63,955 bases of DNA from Armatimonadota bacterium (GTDB lineage Bacteria; Armatimonadota; Fimbriimonadia; Fimbriimonadales; Fimbriimonadaceae). Location: NCBI GenBank assembly GCA_031400935.1, contig JANNQV010000034.1, forward strand, positions 1-63,955, given 5' to 3'. Both the position numbers and the translations under genes were made by a program. The notes beneath the pieces are model-generated. The model worked only from the letters and a program-made list of their open reading frames with translations, was not told where the DNA came from and searched no databases. Each line of letters begins with the position of its first letter. The stretch's first letter is position 1. Shown one piece after another: positions 1 through 8,434 of this stretch.

Positions 1-2
1 AA

Positions 3-173
3 TGGGTGACCGAAAAGGCATACGACAATCCGCGATTTGTTGAAGACATGGTTCGGGAAGTTGCCCTCAAGTTTGATGCAGATTCGAGGGTGACTTGGTA
101 CGAAATTGAAGTTGAAAACCAGGAGTCAATCCATGCGCACAATGCATACGCATTTTTGGAGAGGGCAAAATAG
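3..173 (+). CDS. folE2: GTP cyclohydrolase FolE2 (type IB), 3' end only (partial)
   Basis: Not in ORF track; manual translation from nt 3 gives [21 protein letters not shown]...[14 protein letters not shown]...*, matching the FolE2 C-terminal motifs (NP.FVED, ESIH.H.A). Confidence 0.85.
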   Translation, partial: WVTEKAYDNPRFVEDMVREVALKFDADSRVTWYEIEVENQESIHAHNAYAFLERAK

Positions 174-179
174 TTGGAA

Positions 180-341
180 GGGTATGGGGTATGGGGTTTG
201 GGGTGCAGGGTATAGGGTTTAGGGTAAGGGGTCAGCACCCAATCAAATTTAGCGAATCGCTACTACGTGCTTGCGAAACTTCGGTATTTCATTTGGAGAC
301 CAAATTGGCGGATTCCAGACCCTAAACCCTAAACCCCATAC
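180..341. repeat. 7-periodic repeat element with inverted arms: G-rich arm 180-232, C-rich arm 319-341
   Basis: gggtatg gggtatg gggtttg gggtgca gggtata gggttta gggtaag gggt ... accctaa accctaa accccat, between two convergent stop codons. Confidence 0.9.
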
Positions 342-351
342 TCCTCCGAAA

Positions 352-1278
352 CTACTCCTTCTTCGCTCCGTCAGAAATCCACTGCTCAATCTTAGCGATC
401 ACAGCCGCAGGCATCGAACCTGTAGGAGGCATTACTTTTCCTTGCCCCTTTAGATTATGAAGAATCGAGCTTGAAGCTGGATTGCCTGCGACGACAATTG
501 CTCGTCCACGGCTTCCTGCCATTACGCTTTCATAGCTTGTCAGTCGAACTCCGCCAGAAGGGCGTGCGCCATGGCACCCTGCGCAATTGCCCATAAAAAT
601 TGGCTCGACATCTTTCCAAACCAGGCCAGTTGAGACTGGTTTGACTTCTTTAGTAACGCCACGACCGGGTGAAAAAACAAAGTCCGAAGCTGCGGCTTTA
701 ACTAAAAACTCTAGTTGATCGGCAAAGACAATCGTGTCTTTTGTAACTCCGTTTTCGGTTACATGCCAAACAAATCCACGAGCAACTCCAAGTAGGTCGT
801 CAATCAAAATAGTGGCCGAAGTATTTGGCCTCTTCAAAAACGTTACATCAACTTCTTTGACTCCAAATCCCTTCATTTTTCGAGCCTTGCCCGGCTTGGC
901 GCTTCCAATTGCCTCAGAAAATTTGGGATCAAAAAACGCCGACCATGCCCAAAGATCATCGCCCAAGAACGAAACCGCAGCATTTTCGGCGGCAGGGGCT
1001 TCAGTGTACGTAGAGGATTTCTTATTGTAAGTCCAAACTGTTTTGCCGTCAGTCACGATTTCTTTGTCGGCTGTGTCAATTCGAATCATGTTCGGTTTGA
1101 GTGCCGAAATCTTGGCCTCTGTGGGGTTCCCGCCAATCGGAGTTATCGAAACAGTCAGCGCAACGCTCGGCGCAGCTTGCATCTTATCGGCATGAAGCTT
1201 GACTTGAGCGGATGGGGTTTGAAAAACGAAGGCGGCGGCAAGCGGCCCAGCGGCAAGAATAAAAAGCAAAGATTTCAT
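352..1278 (-). CDS. Secreted LolA-like protein fused to a C-terminal c-type cytochrome domain (Planctomycete cytochrome c-like)
   Basis: Signal peptide; LolA-like 'KPNMIRID...IVTDGKTVWTYNK'; C-terminal 'VEPIFMGNCAGCHG...MPP...IEQWISDGA' with CxxCH. Start at 1278 or 1287. Confidence 0.75.
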   Translation of the reverse strand: MKSLLFILAAGPLAAAFVFQTPSAQVKLHADKMQAAPSVALTVSITPIGGNPTEAKISALKPNMIRIDTADKEIVTDGKTVWTYNKKSSTYTEAPAAENAAVSFLGDDLWAWSAFFDPKFSEAIGSAKPGKARKMKGFGVKEVDVTFLKRPNTSATILIDDLLGVARGFVWHVTENGVTKDTIVFADQLEFLVKAAASDFVFSPGRGVTKEVKPVSTGLVWKDVEPIFMGNCAGCHGARPSGGVRLTSYESVMAGSRGRAIVVAGNPASSSILHNLKGQGKVMPPTGSMPAAVIAKIEQWISDGAKKE

Positions 1279-1326
1279 AGAATTCACAAAGACAACATTT
1301 TGACATACGTTCGCCCAGCCGCATTG

Positions 1327-2430
1327 CTACGGTTGGTCTCGAAAGTTACTTTGAGCATAAACGCCCAGAGATTTGCAATGTTCGATCATGATTTCGTCCT
1401 TTTCACCTATTTTTGAACAACAAATTGCATTCACGATTCCATTGCAATCATCTGGACTATACAAGAGATTTGGAGTTTCAAGCAATTCCACTAATCCAGC
1501 CGTTTTTTGCGTGTTTCCATCAATGCAAACAAACGGAGTCCCGGCCTTTGCTGCAAAAATAGTAGGATGAAATCGTCCGCCTAAATGAATTGAGGCGCGA
1601 TTTATGAGCGCGATCAATTCGTGGTGAGCAAAATCCTTGCTAGAAAAAAGCGGGCAATCCAAATCAAGCCTTTCATAAAGACGATGATCGGTCGGAGTGC
1701 TTGCTGCAAAGACAATTGCTAAATCACGTTGTCGCAGGGCATCAATCCACAATTTGACATTCTCAATAGCCCAACTTCCGGCGTTCGCGCTTCCTGTGAG
1801 CACGGCGTATGGGCCATCAACCCCATGTTCCGAAAGCCAAAGATCAACCGTTTCGGAATTTGTTGGTTGGGCCAAAAACGCACAATCGGCACCCAATTCG
1901 GCATTCCAGCAGCGATCTATTGCAAATCGAAAAGAAACCGGTTCTCGTACCACCAGCCGATCAACCTTAGAAAGTATTTTGTCAACAAGGGCATTCATTG
2001 ACCCATCTCCTAAGTCAATCGAACAATTCACAACCCAAACCGGACATTTTCGAGACTCGATTATTCGGTCAATGATTGAAAGCCATGCGGCCGTCTGCGG
2101 CTGAGGATGAAGTGTTCCTTCTCCGTTCACAACGATCAGGTCGGCATTTTCGAGCGCAGATTGCCAATTCCGCATGAGCAAGTGAGCTCCCAGTTTTCCA
2201 AGCGGGTCGCGCCAATTTGATTTCGGCCCACGGGGAGCCCAGCGATATCCAAGCGAAAAGGCCCACTTTGGATTGCGAATTTCAGTACGCCGAATTCCAG
2301 TGATTGTTGCTTCTGGATAGGTTGCTTGCAAGCCTCGAACGAGTTCTGAGGTAGTCGCCTGGCTACCCCAATTTTCATCATATCGGTTGTCTAGCAGCAA
2401 AACTATTTGCTTTATTGGAAATTCAGGCAT
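1327..2430 (-). CDS. Polysaccharide pyruvyl transferase family protein
   Basis: NWGS near the N-terminus, 'VVNGEGTLH', 'VREPVS', 'GADCAF', 'GGRFHPTIFA..AGTP' motifs. Confidence 0.8.
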   Translation of the reverse strand: MPEFPIKQIVLLLDNRYDENWGSQATTSELVRGLQATYPEATITGIRRTEIRNPKWAFSLGYRWAPRGPKSNWRDPLGKLGAHLLMRNWQSALENADLIVVNGEGTLHPQPQTAAWLSIIDRIIESRKCPVWVVNCSIDLGDGSMNALVDKILSKVDRLVVREPVSFRFAIDRCWNAELGADCAFLAQPTNSETVDLWLSEHGVDGPYAVLTGSANAGSWAIENVKLWIDALRQRDLAIVFAASTPTDHRLYERLDLDCPLFSSKDFAHHELIALINRASIHLGGRFHPTIFAAKAGTPFVCIDGNTQKTAGLVELLETPNLLYSPDDCNGIVNAICCSKIGEKDEIMIEHCKSLGVYAQSNFRDQP

Positions 2431-2540
2431 ATAATAGGTTAGTTCGTGATTTGTGATTCGTTGCTCTTCACCAAATTAACAGGTGCTTTGAACGAAAAAC
2501 TCGTGACGATTAGTCATTTCTTGCGAAGGAGGATGAAAAC

Positions 2541-3482
2541 ATGTTTCGAAAAGCATTTACTCTTATAGAACTTTTAGTCGTGATTGCCATTATCGCCATT
2601 TTGGCGGCAATCCTTTTCCCGGTGTTTGCTCAAGCTAAGGAGGCGGCGAAAAAAACTGCAAGCCTCTCAAACACAAAGCAAACTGGTACGGCAATTCAGA
2701 TTTATGTTACTGATTTTGACGATCTATACCCGCTATGCCATGGTGTCAATGATAATGGTACATATGCTGTCGCAAGGTGGAACGGCTATCCCGCCGGATG
2801 GGATAGCGTTACATACGAGTTTGGGGACTCTGTCATGTGGGGGAATTCCATAATGCCGTACATGAAGAATGACCAATTGTTGGAAGCTCCTGGAATGCCA
2901 TTAGTAAAAATGAACAGCGTATTTGGGGCAGCGGCGTATGCAAATCCCCGTAAGAAGCCAGGAGCTACCAGTTTGGTGATCAACGGATTAATCAATGCAT
3001 ATTCCGGAACTGCTGTAGCAAACCCATCGGATTTAGTAATCTTGTGGTACGGCTTTGGAAAGGAAAATTTGCTTGGCGCGATTAATATGGAGCCAGCACT
3101 CAATTGTGGTGCTGTCACTGAGTGTCGTTTCAACCCAGCGGGATTGCCTGCTTCAACCACGTATACGGGAAACACGGCACGAGGGGATATTTTCTGGGTT
3201 TCGTACTCGTCTCCGACCAATGATTCTGTTTGGTTCTATGCACGGGGCATGAACATGGGTAGAGCGGATAGTTCAGCAAAGTTCTATCGGATGGGGGGAT
3301 CACCAAATGTCCCACTGACAAATAATAAAGACCCGTTTCGAACCTATGGAAACAACGGTGACTACTGGCTCACCGTGCATCGATGCGCTCCAACCGGCTC
3401 TACCGTTTATTATTCTAGTTTCTTTAGGCCAGATACTGAGCTTAGAGCTACTCCAGGAACGGCTGGAATCTGCTTCCCATAG
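2541..3482 (+). CDS. Prepilin-type N-terminal cleavage/methylation domain protein (DUF1559-like)
   Basis: AFTLIELLVVIAIIAILAAILFPVFAQAK; strong RBS AAGGAGG; degenerate H-X9-DG region 'GMNMGRADSSAK'. Confidence 0.9.
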   Translation: MFRKAFTLIELLVVIAIIAILAAILFPVFAQAKEAAKKTASLSNTKQTGTAIQIYVTDFDDLYPLCHGVNDNGTYAVARWNGYPAGWDSVTYEFGDSVMWGNSIMPYMKNDQLLEAPGMPLVKMNSVFGAAAYANPRKKPGATSLVINGLINAYSGTAVANPSDLVILWYGFGKENLLGAINMEPALNCGAVTECRFNPAGLPASTTYTGNTARGDIFWVSYSSPTNDSVWFYARGMNMGRADSSAKFYRMGGSPNVPLTNNKDPFRTYGNNGDYWLTVHRCAPTGSTVYYSSFFRPDTELRATPGTAGICFP

Positions 3483-3490
3483 GAGTGAAA

Positions 3491-3631
3491 ATGAAAAAAA
3501 TTGGTCAAATACTGATTCTTGTGATTGGATTTTCAATATTGTACGGTTGTGCATCTGAACCAGCGGCACCAAATACAAGTGCTCCTGCAGAGGGCGGCCG
3601 CGGCGATAGATCAGTCGGAAAGGACGGATAA
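3491..3631 (+). CDS. Small 46-aa lipoprotein (unannotated)
   Basis: RBS AGGAG at 3481; MKKIGQILILVIGFSILYGC|ASEPAAPNTSAPAEGGRGDRSVGKDG*; positive n-region, hydrophobic h-region, lipobox LYGC; 8 nt after the prepilin-like gene. Confidence 0.75.
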   Translation: MKKIGQILILVIGFSILYGCASEPAAPNTSAPAEGGRGDRSVGKDG

Positions 3632-3689
3632 GTCAGTTGTCAGTTGTTGGATTCAAAACCCGATAACTGACAACCAACAACCAATAACG
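3632..3689. repeat. 7-periodic TTGTCAG/CCAACAA-type repeat with inverted arms
   Basis: gtcagtt gtcagtt gttgg ... ataactg acaacca acaacca ataac between convergent stops. Confidence 0.75.
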
Positions 3690-3696
3690 ACTTCAT

Positions 3697-4728
3697 CTAC
3701 GACCCAGCGAATCTTGTCAGCGCCTCGCTCAAAGTTCGAGCCGTGTAATTGACCATCGGAATGCTGTTCGCATAGTCCATTCGGGTCGGTCCGATTACTG
3801 CAATCGTTCCTGCCTCGATCGAACCCACATAGAATGTCTGCCGAACCATTGAAAAGTGATGAAGCTCAGGATTGCGATGCTCTTTGCCGATGGTGACTGG
3901 CGTCGTTTCATCGGATGGGGCATGAAGGCTGTCAATCAAAAGGTCAGTTTGCTTGAATTGATCAACCAGATTGGCGAGCATCGAAGCGTCGTGGCGATAT
4001 TCAGGCTGGCCGAACAAGAATTCCTCGCCGTGGGTGACTAGCTTGCCACGAGTTAGCTCCCTAGCCATTCCTTTGAGGGCAGTGATTGTGATTTGAGCCA
4101 ACTGTTGACCGGATTCTGGGTTCAATTCACCTGGGATTTTCAACTTCGGAAGCGTACGAATCGGCTTGTTGATACATTCTCGCTGAAGCCACTCGTTGAT
4201 CTGCCCAACATCGGCGAGGGTCAATCCGGTGGGACATTCCACTAGCTTGTTATGGACATCGCCATTGCTCAACCCAAGGACGACCAGTGCTTGATGCGGT
4301 CCGAAGGCGCTTACGATTGCGCTTTTGACCATTACATTTGCTCCTTTAACAGTTGTGGCAACGGAAAGAAGGTGCGTCATTCGGCTGAGAACTCGTGTCG
4401 TCTCGCTCAAAAGTTCTCGCAGTGCCTCGCCCTCCTGCGCAGTCTTTACTTGTTTCCGATTAGCATTTTCAGGAGGCTGTAATTGGAGCAAATTGTCAAT
4501 ATAAAATCGGTACCCTTTGTCGCTTGGAATTCGGCCAGCGGAAGTGTGCGGCTGTTCGAGATAGCCTTGCTCGCTCATTTCTGCAAGCTCGTTCCGGACC
4601 GTTGCCGATCGAACGCCTAGGTCGTATTTTACAGTGAGCAGTTCGCTGGCAATCGGCTCTGCGCCAGCGACGTATTCCACGACAACGGCATGGAGGAGGA
4701 TTCTCTTTCTTTCTGGCAGTGATTCCAT
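3697..4728 (-). CDS. hrcA: Heat-inducible transcription repressor HrcA
   Basis: 'SATVRNELAEMSEQGYLEQPHTSAGRIPSDKGYRFYID' and 'IGPTRMDY'. True start is ATG 4728; the ORF-track extension is translated repeat DNA. Confidence 0.95.
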   Translation of the reverse strand: MESLPERKRILLHAVVVEYVAGAEPIASELLTVKYDLGVRSATVRNELAEMSEQGYLEQPHTSAGRIPSDKGYRFYIDNLLQLQPPENANRKQVKTAQEGEALRELLSETTRVLSRMTHLLSVATTVKGANVMVKSAIVSAFGPHQALVVLGLSNGDVHNKLVECPTGLTLADVGQINEWLQRECINKPIRTLPKLKIPGELNPESGQQLAQITITALKGMARELTRGKLVTHGEEFLFGQPEYRHDASMLANLVDQFKQTDLLIDSLHAPSDETTPVTIGKEHRNPELHHFSMVRQTFYVGSIEAGTIAVIGPTRMDYANSIPMVNYTARTLSEALTRFAGS

Positions 4729-4739
4729 GAGAGTGCTAG
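4713..4739. promoter_or_regulatory. CIRCE-like operator overlapping the hrcA start codon
   Basis: Minus strand CTAGCACTC-N9-CACTGCCAG versus the consensus TTAGCACTC-N9-GAGTGCTAA; exact 9-nt spacer. Confidence 0.65.
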
Positions 4740-4759
4740 TTTCAAGTTTACTTGGCTCC

Positions 4760-4908
4760 GATTGGTTCGGGTTTGTTCGGGTTCGTTCGGATTGGGAAGA
4801 GAGCATAGGACTTGTAGAACTTTTAGGACATATTCGTCCTACGAGTCCTACCTGTCCTATTGAGTTTTCAAACCCGAACCCCCGAACCAACCCGAACGAA
4901 CCCGAACT
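4760..4908. repeat. Composite palindromic repeat: outer ~10-mer GTTCGGGTTT/AACCCGAAC arms, inner ~9-mer AGGAC../..GTCCT arms
   Basis: ggttcgggtttgttcgggttcgttcgg ... ggacttgta gaactttta ggacatatt / gtcctacga gtcctacct gtcctat ... aacccgaacccccgaaccaacccgaacgaacccgaac. Confidence 0.85.
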
Positions 4909-4958
4909 AAATCCAAAGGGCAACCCCATACCCTTGTTCATGCGTCATAACTATCGCT

Positions 4959-6752
4959 ATGCATTGGATCGCACTCGCACTTGGCACAATGACTTTTCAA
5001 GCTCCCGAAGAGGCTTTTTTCGATGAACTCAGAACGGCTGTCTCTTCGAACAACCCGGCAAAAGTGATTCCGCTGTTTGCGAACCGCCAATACTCAGAAT
5101 ATTTTCTGGCAGCTTCGGGCAGAAGGCAGATGCGAAACTTTCGCGTTCACATGATTCCCGCACCGCCTGGAAGAACAAAGGAGGGTGCTTTTTGGGCAAT
5201 TTTTTCGGCTCAACATGAAATTCAATCCGATCATGACATCGTGCATCCCGTGATTCGAACTGGAGACGGCTATCGTTTAGGGCCAGAAATCGCAGAATGG
5301 GAACCTGATCCTTACCGAATCCAGCATCTTGACATTTCTGCAAAGCTTTTTCCGGCGACTTCGAAGCTTTGGGTGGATTGCAACGCGAAAATCATGGTCG
5401 GCAAAAGTGCAATTGCGCAAATGTTCCGGCTTGGGCTTCAATATTCGTTGCTTTCGGCACAAGCTGATTCAAAGCCTTTACCAACGATAAATGCTTCGGA
5501 AACAGAAATTACGCGTCCAAAAGACGGTCAATTAGTGAAAGCTGGAGGACTCGTTGTGTTTTGGAGCACCAATCCAGCAAGCCAAATTCGATTTGTATAT
5601 GATGGCAATGTACGAAGTGCCGAAGAAGACAAGATCAGCAGCAGCTTTGCCTACCTCACAGCTTGGTGGACGCCAAGCATCGGAAGGCTTCCGCATACAA
5701 CCACGACTCAAGTTGAAGGACCGAAAGATTGGGTGATTGTGAGCGAAGGCGAATCTGCCCCAGCAACTATGGTGCCGAGCGGCCCGGATCGACAAGTAGT
5801 TTCCTTTCGATGCGACATTCCGATTTCGTTCCCAAAAATTGTCGGTGGCAAATATTCGCTCGCGGCGGAAACGAGCGATGCTGGAAGAACCTTTCGCTCG
5901 TATCAAATCGAACCCGTCGAAAAGGATCGCGGCGAGCGCGACGTCGCCGCAATCCGCGAAGCTGTGAAATGGTACGAAGTCAACATTGGCAAGTTTCCAT
6001 TCTCTAGCTACTCATGCTTCGATGCAGACACGTATTACGGCATCGAGAGTTACAGCTACACTCTATTGAGAAGAAACATCACCAGCCGATTCGTGACCCA
6101 CGAGCTAGGACACACGTATTTCGGCGGTTTGGTGCCATGCGCTTACACGAAGGACACGTGGAATGAGAGCGTGACGCAATATGTGGACAGCGTTGTTTAT
6201 CACAACAATTCGGATCAAACTTTAGAGGGCGCATTGCGAACCATTCAGGTACCTGTTCCACTCTCCAAAATGTCCATTCCGCATGAATTTCAAAGCGCGA
6301 CATATTCACGCGGCGCTTATGTTTTGAAAATGCTGGAAAACGAGATCGGTTTGGATGCGATGCTTGCCGCGCTCCGAGAAATGGTCGCGACTCGAAAGGG
6401 AATGGAAACGACTTGGCCGATCATCCGCACCTATTTTGAGAAATCTTCGGGGCAAGACCTCAAGTGGTTTTGGGATCAGTGGGTAACTATGGCAGAGTAT
6501 CCGACCGTTTCAGTCAAGAATTTCAACACCGTTCAAGTCGAAGGAAAGCCGAGGGTTTTCGTGACCCTAAAGCAAGATGGAAACCGCATCTTCAAAATGA
6601 AAGTGAAGATCATCTTGCGGCGGCATACGGCAGTTAAAGAGCAGGTTGTAACAATGCAAGGAAATCAGGAATTGTTTCGAATTGACTCGCCATTCGAGCC
6701 CCTTGAGGCAAAGATTGAGGTGTTTGGTTTGGCATTGGCGAATGTGAAGTAG
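4959..6752 (+). CDS. Secreted M1-family (gluzincin) metallopeptidase
   Basis: YYGIES (GXMEN-like), HELGH and downstream 'WNES' Glu, 'YSRGAYVLKML', 'DLKWFWDQWV'. Confidence 0.85.
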   Translation: MHWIALALGTMTFQAPEEAFFDELRTAVSSNNPAKVIPLFANRQYSEYFLAASGRRQMRNFRVHMIPAPPGRTKEGAFWAIFSAQHEIQSDHDIVHPVIRTGDGYRLGPEIAEWEPDPYRIQHLDISAKLFPATSKLWVDCNAKIMVGKSAIAQMFRLGLQYSLLSAQADSKPLPTINASETEITRPKDGQLVKAGGLVVFWSTNPASQIRFVYDGNVRSAEEDKISSSFAYLTAWWTPSIGRLPHTTTTQVEGPKDWVIVSEGESAPATMVPSGPDRQVVSFRCDIPISFPKIVGGKYSLAAETSDAGRTFRSYQIEPVEKDRGERDVAAIREAVKWYEVNIGKFPFSSYSCFDADTYYGIESYSYTLLRRNITSRFVTHELGHTYFGGLVPCAYTKDTWNESVTQYVDSVVYHNNSDQTLEGALRTIQVPVPLSKMSIPHEFQSATYSRGAYVLKMLENEIGLDAMLAALREMVATRKGMETTWPIIRTYFEKSSGQDLKWFWDQWVTMAEYPTVSVKNFNTVQVEGKPRVFVTLKQDGNRIFKMKVKIILRRHTAVKEQVVTMQGNQELFRIDSPFEPLEAKIEVFGLALANVK

Positions 6753-7024
6753 CCGTTGCAAGTGTTGGACCGCGGAGCCGCGAATACGGCAACATTCCAA
6801 AAATTGTCCATGGCCAGATCCGAATCCCCTCCGTGGAGCCACTTTCACGACAAAAGAATCAATTTTGAAGGCCAAGCTCCGCGCTAAAAAGGAACACACA
6901 TTCTGAATCGCCAATTTTTGGAACTTTGAATGGCCCGACTCATAGGAATTCTACAAATGCCTTCCATAAAGTAGTAAATTTGCCATAAAAACGACTACTA
7001 TAGAGAAACGTACCGGAGAAATTT

Positions 7025-8266
7025 ATGAAACGACTACTATTCTCAATCATTGCAGCCGCAGCTTTGGCAAGCAGCGCATTTGCCGGAGGCGACCCAGTCG
7101 CGGCGCTCAAGGCAATCACCGATTACCGAACTTCTGAACTTACGAAAGCAAGAACGGCCTCTACTCCGATTGATGCAAAGGTTTACAATGCCAAGGTCAC
7201 CGAAGTCAACGTAAAGGTGTTGCAGATGGCAAAGGAAGCTGTGTCAGGGGTTGAAGCAAGCAATGTTGAGCCTAGTCAGGGCCTCGATTTCGCACAGCTT
7301 TTTCAGCTTGCAAAAATGCCGAAGGAAGCTTGCGAGTCAGCAGAGCGATTTCTAGCTTCAAAGCCCGATGCGATGAAATCATATCAAGCTCAAAACATTA
7401 TGCTCACCAGTTGCAATGAACTTGGCGAAGGCATGATGATTATGGAATTGCTGCAAAGCATCGCCCCTCCTAGCGCTATGGCAGTATATGGCTTGGCGAC
7501 ATCAACCGCATACTATTATTGCGAGACGATCAAGACTTCGGTCAGCGTGGATGCCGCGATCGCCGCGATCCGATTGGTCGAAGCGAATGTCCGGCTCTCA
7601 GCTCCTGCAAATGACCCAGAGAAGGCAAGAATGCGCGCTTCGATTTCTCTTTTGGCAGAGGCAAAAGCTGAACTTTTTGCAGATACAAAGCGAAAGCCAG
7701 AAGCCATAGTCGTAATTGATAATGCGCTTGCTGAATTAGGCGAAAAATCTCCGGAAGCGAGGAGCTTAAATGGATTCAAAAAGCGGATGGTAATGATTGA
7801 TGCACCCGCACCTGCTCTTGCATTTGAAAAGAGCTATGGCACTTTCACTGGCCTTGGAGCTCTTAAAGGAAAAGTGGTCATCGTGGACTTTTTCGCGCAC
7901 TGGTGCGGCCCGTGCATAGCCTCTTTTGGCGACATGAAAAAGCTTTACGCCGACCTCAAGCCTAAGGGTCTTGAAATCATCGGATTCACAACCTATTACG
8001 GCTATTACAAGAAAGAGAACACCGAAAAGCGAGACATGGCAAAAGATGTCGAGTACGCCAAGATGGGCGATTTCATTAAGGAATTTTCACTTCCTTGGCC
8101 GGTCGTTTATGGAGATCGCACAAACTTTGAAGCCTATGGCGTGACGGGGATTCCTCACGTGGCAGTTGTTGGGCGGGACGGAGTCGTTCACAAAATCAAA
8201 GTAGGCTATTCGGCTGCCAGTTTTGCAGAATTTCGAACGGAAATTGAAGAGCTAGTCGGCGGTTAG
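7025..8266 (+). CDS. Secreted TlpA/ResA-like thioredoxin with helical (TPR-like) N-terminal region
   Basis: Signal peptide; 'KGKVVIVDFFAHWCGPC', 'YGVTGIP'. Confidence 0.85.
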   Translation: MKRLLFSIIAAAALASSAFAGGDPVAALKAITDYRTSELTKARTASTPIDAKVYNAKVTEVNVKVLQMAKEAVSGVEASNVEPSQGLDFAQLFQLAKMPKEACESAERFLASKPDAMKSYQAQNIMLTSCNELGEGMMIMELLQSIAPPSAMAVYGLATSTAYYYCETIKTSVSVDAAIAAIRLVEANVRLSAPANDPEKARMRASISLLAEAKAELFADTKRKPEAIVVIDNALAELGEKSPEARSLNGFKKRMVMIDAPAPALAFEKSYGTFTGLGALKGKVVIVDFFAHWCGPCIASFGDMKKLYADLKPKGLEIIGFTTYYGYYKKENTEKRDMAKDVEYAKMGDFIKEFSLPWPVVYGDRTNFEAYGVTGIPHVAVVGRDGVVHKIKVGYSAASFAEFRTEIEELVGG

Positions 8267-8270
8267 TTTC

Positions 8271-8410
8271 TTGGAGTGCGCGGGCTTGACCGCGCTATTG
8301 ACTTGCAACAGATAAGCAAGAAGGGACATTGGCAGCAGTCTTTGTCCCTTCTTTCGTCTTCAACTTTAGGATTGTCAAGTAAATGCCCGGTCAAGCCCGC
8401 GCACTCCCAA
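8271..8410. repeat. REP/MITE-like long hairpin element
   Basis: Perfect 20-bp inverted repeat GGAGTGCGCGGGCTTGACCG (8273-8292)/CGGTCAAGCCCGCGCACTCC (8388-8407), with inner IR AAGAAGGGACA (8318-8328)/TGTCCCTTCTT (8343-8353). Confidence 0.85.
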
Positions 8411-8434
8411 ACGCCCGTAGTAGACTAGAACGCT

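Noticed and set aside
319..341. Plant telomere (CCCTAAA) contamination
   Set aside because: Only two exact units, embedded in contiguous bacterial sequence and part of a broader degenerate heptamer family.
4729..4941. 71-aa N-terminal extension of HrcA in the ORF track
   Set aside because: It is translated repeat DNA; HrcA homology and the CIRCE-like site point to ATG 4728.
6753..7024. Possible structured ncRNA (short IRs cgcggagc/gctccgcg and ttccaaaaatt/aatttttggaa)
   Set aside because: The two stems cross rather than nest and match no RNA family I recognise; insufficient support.
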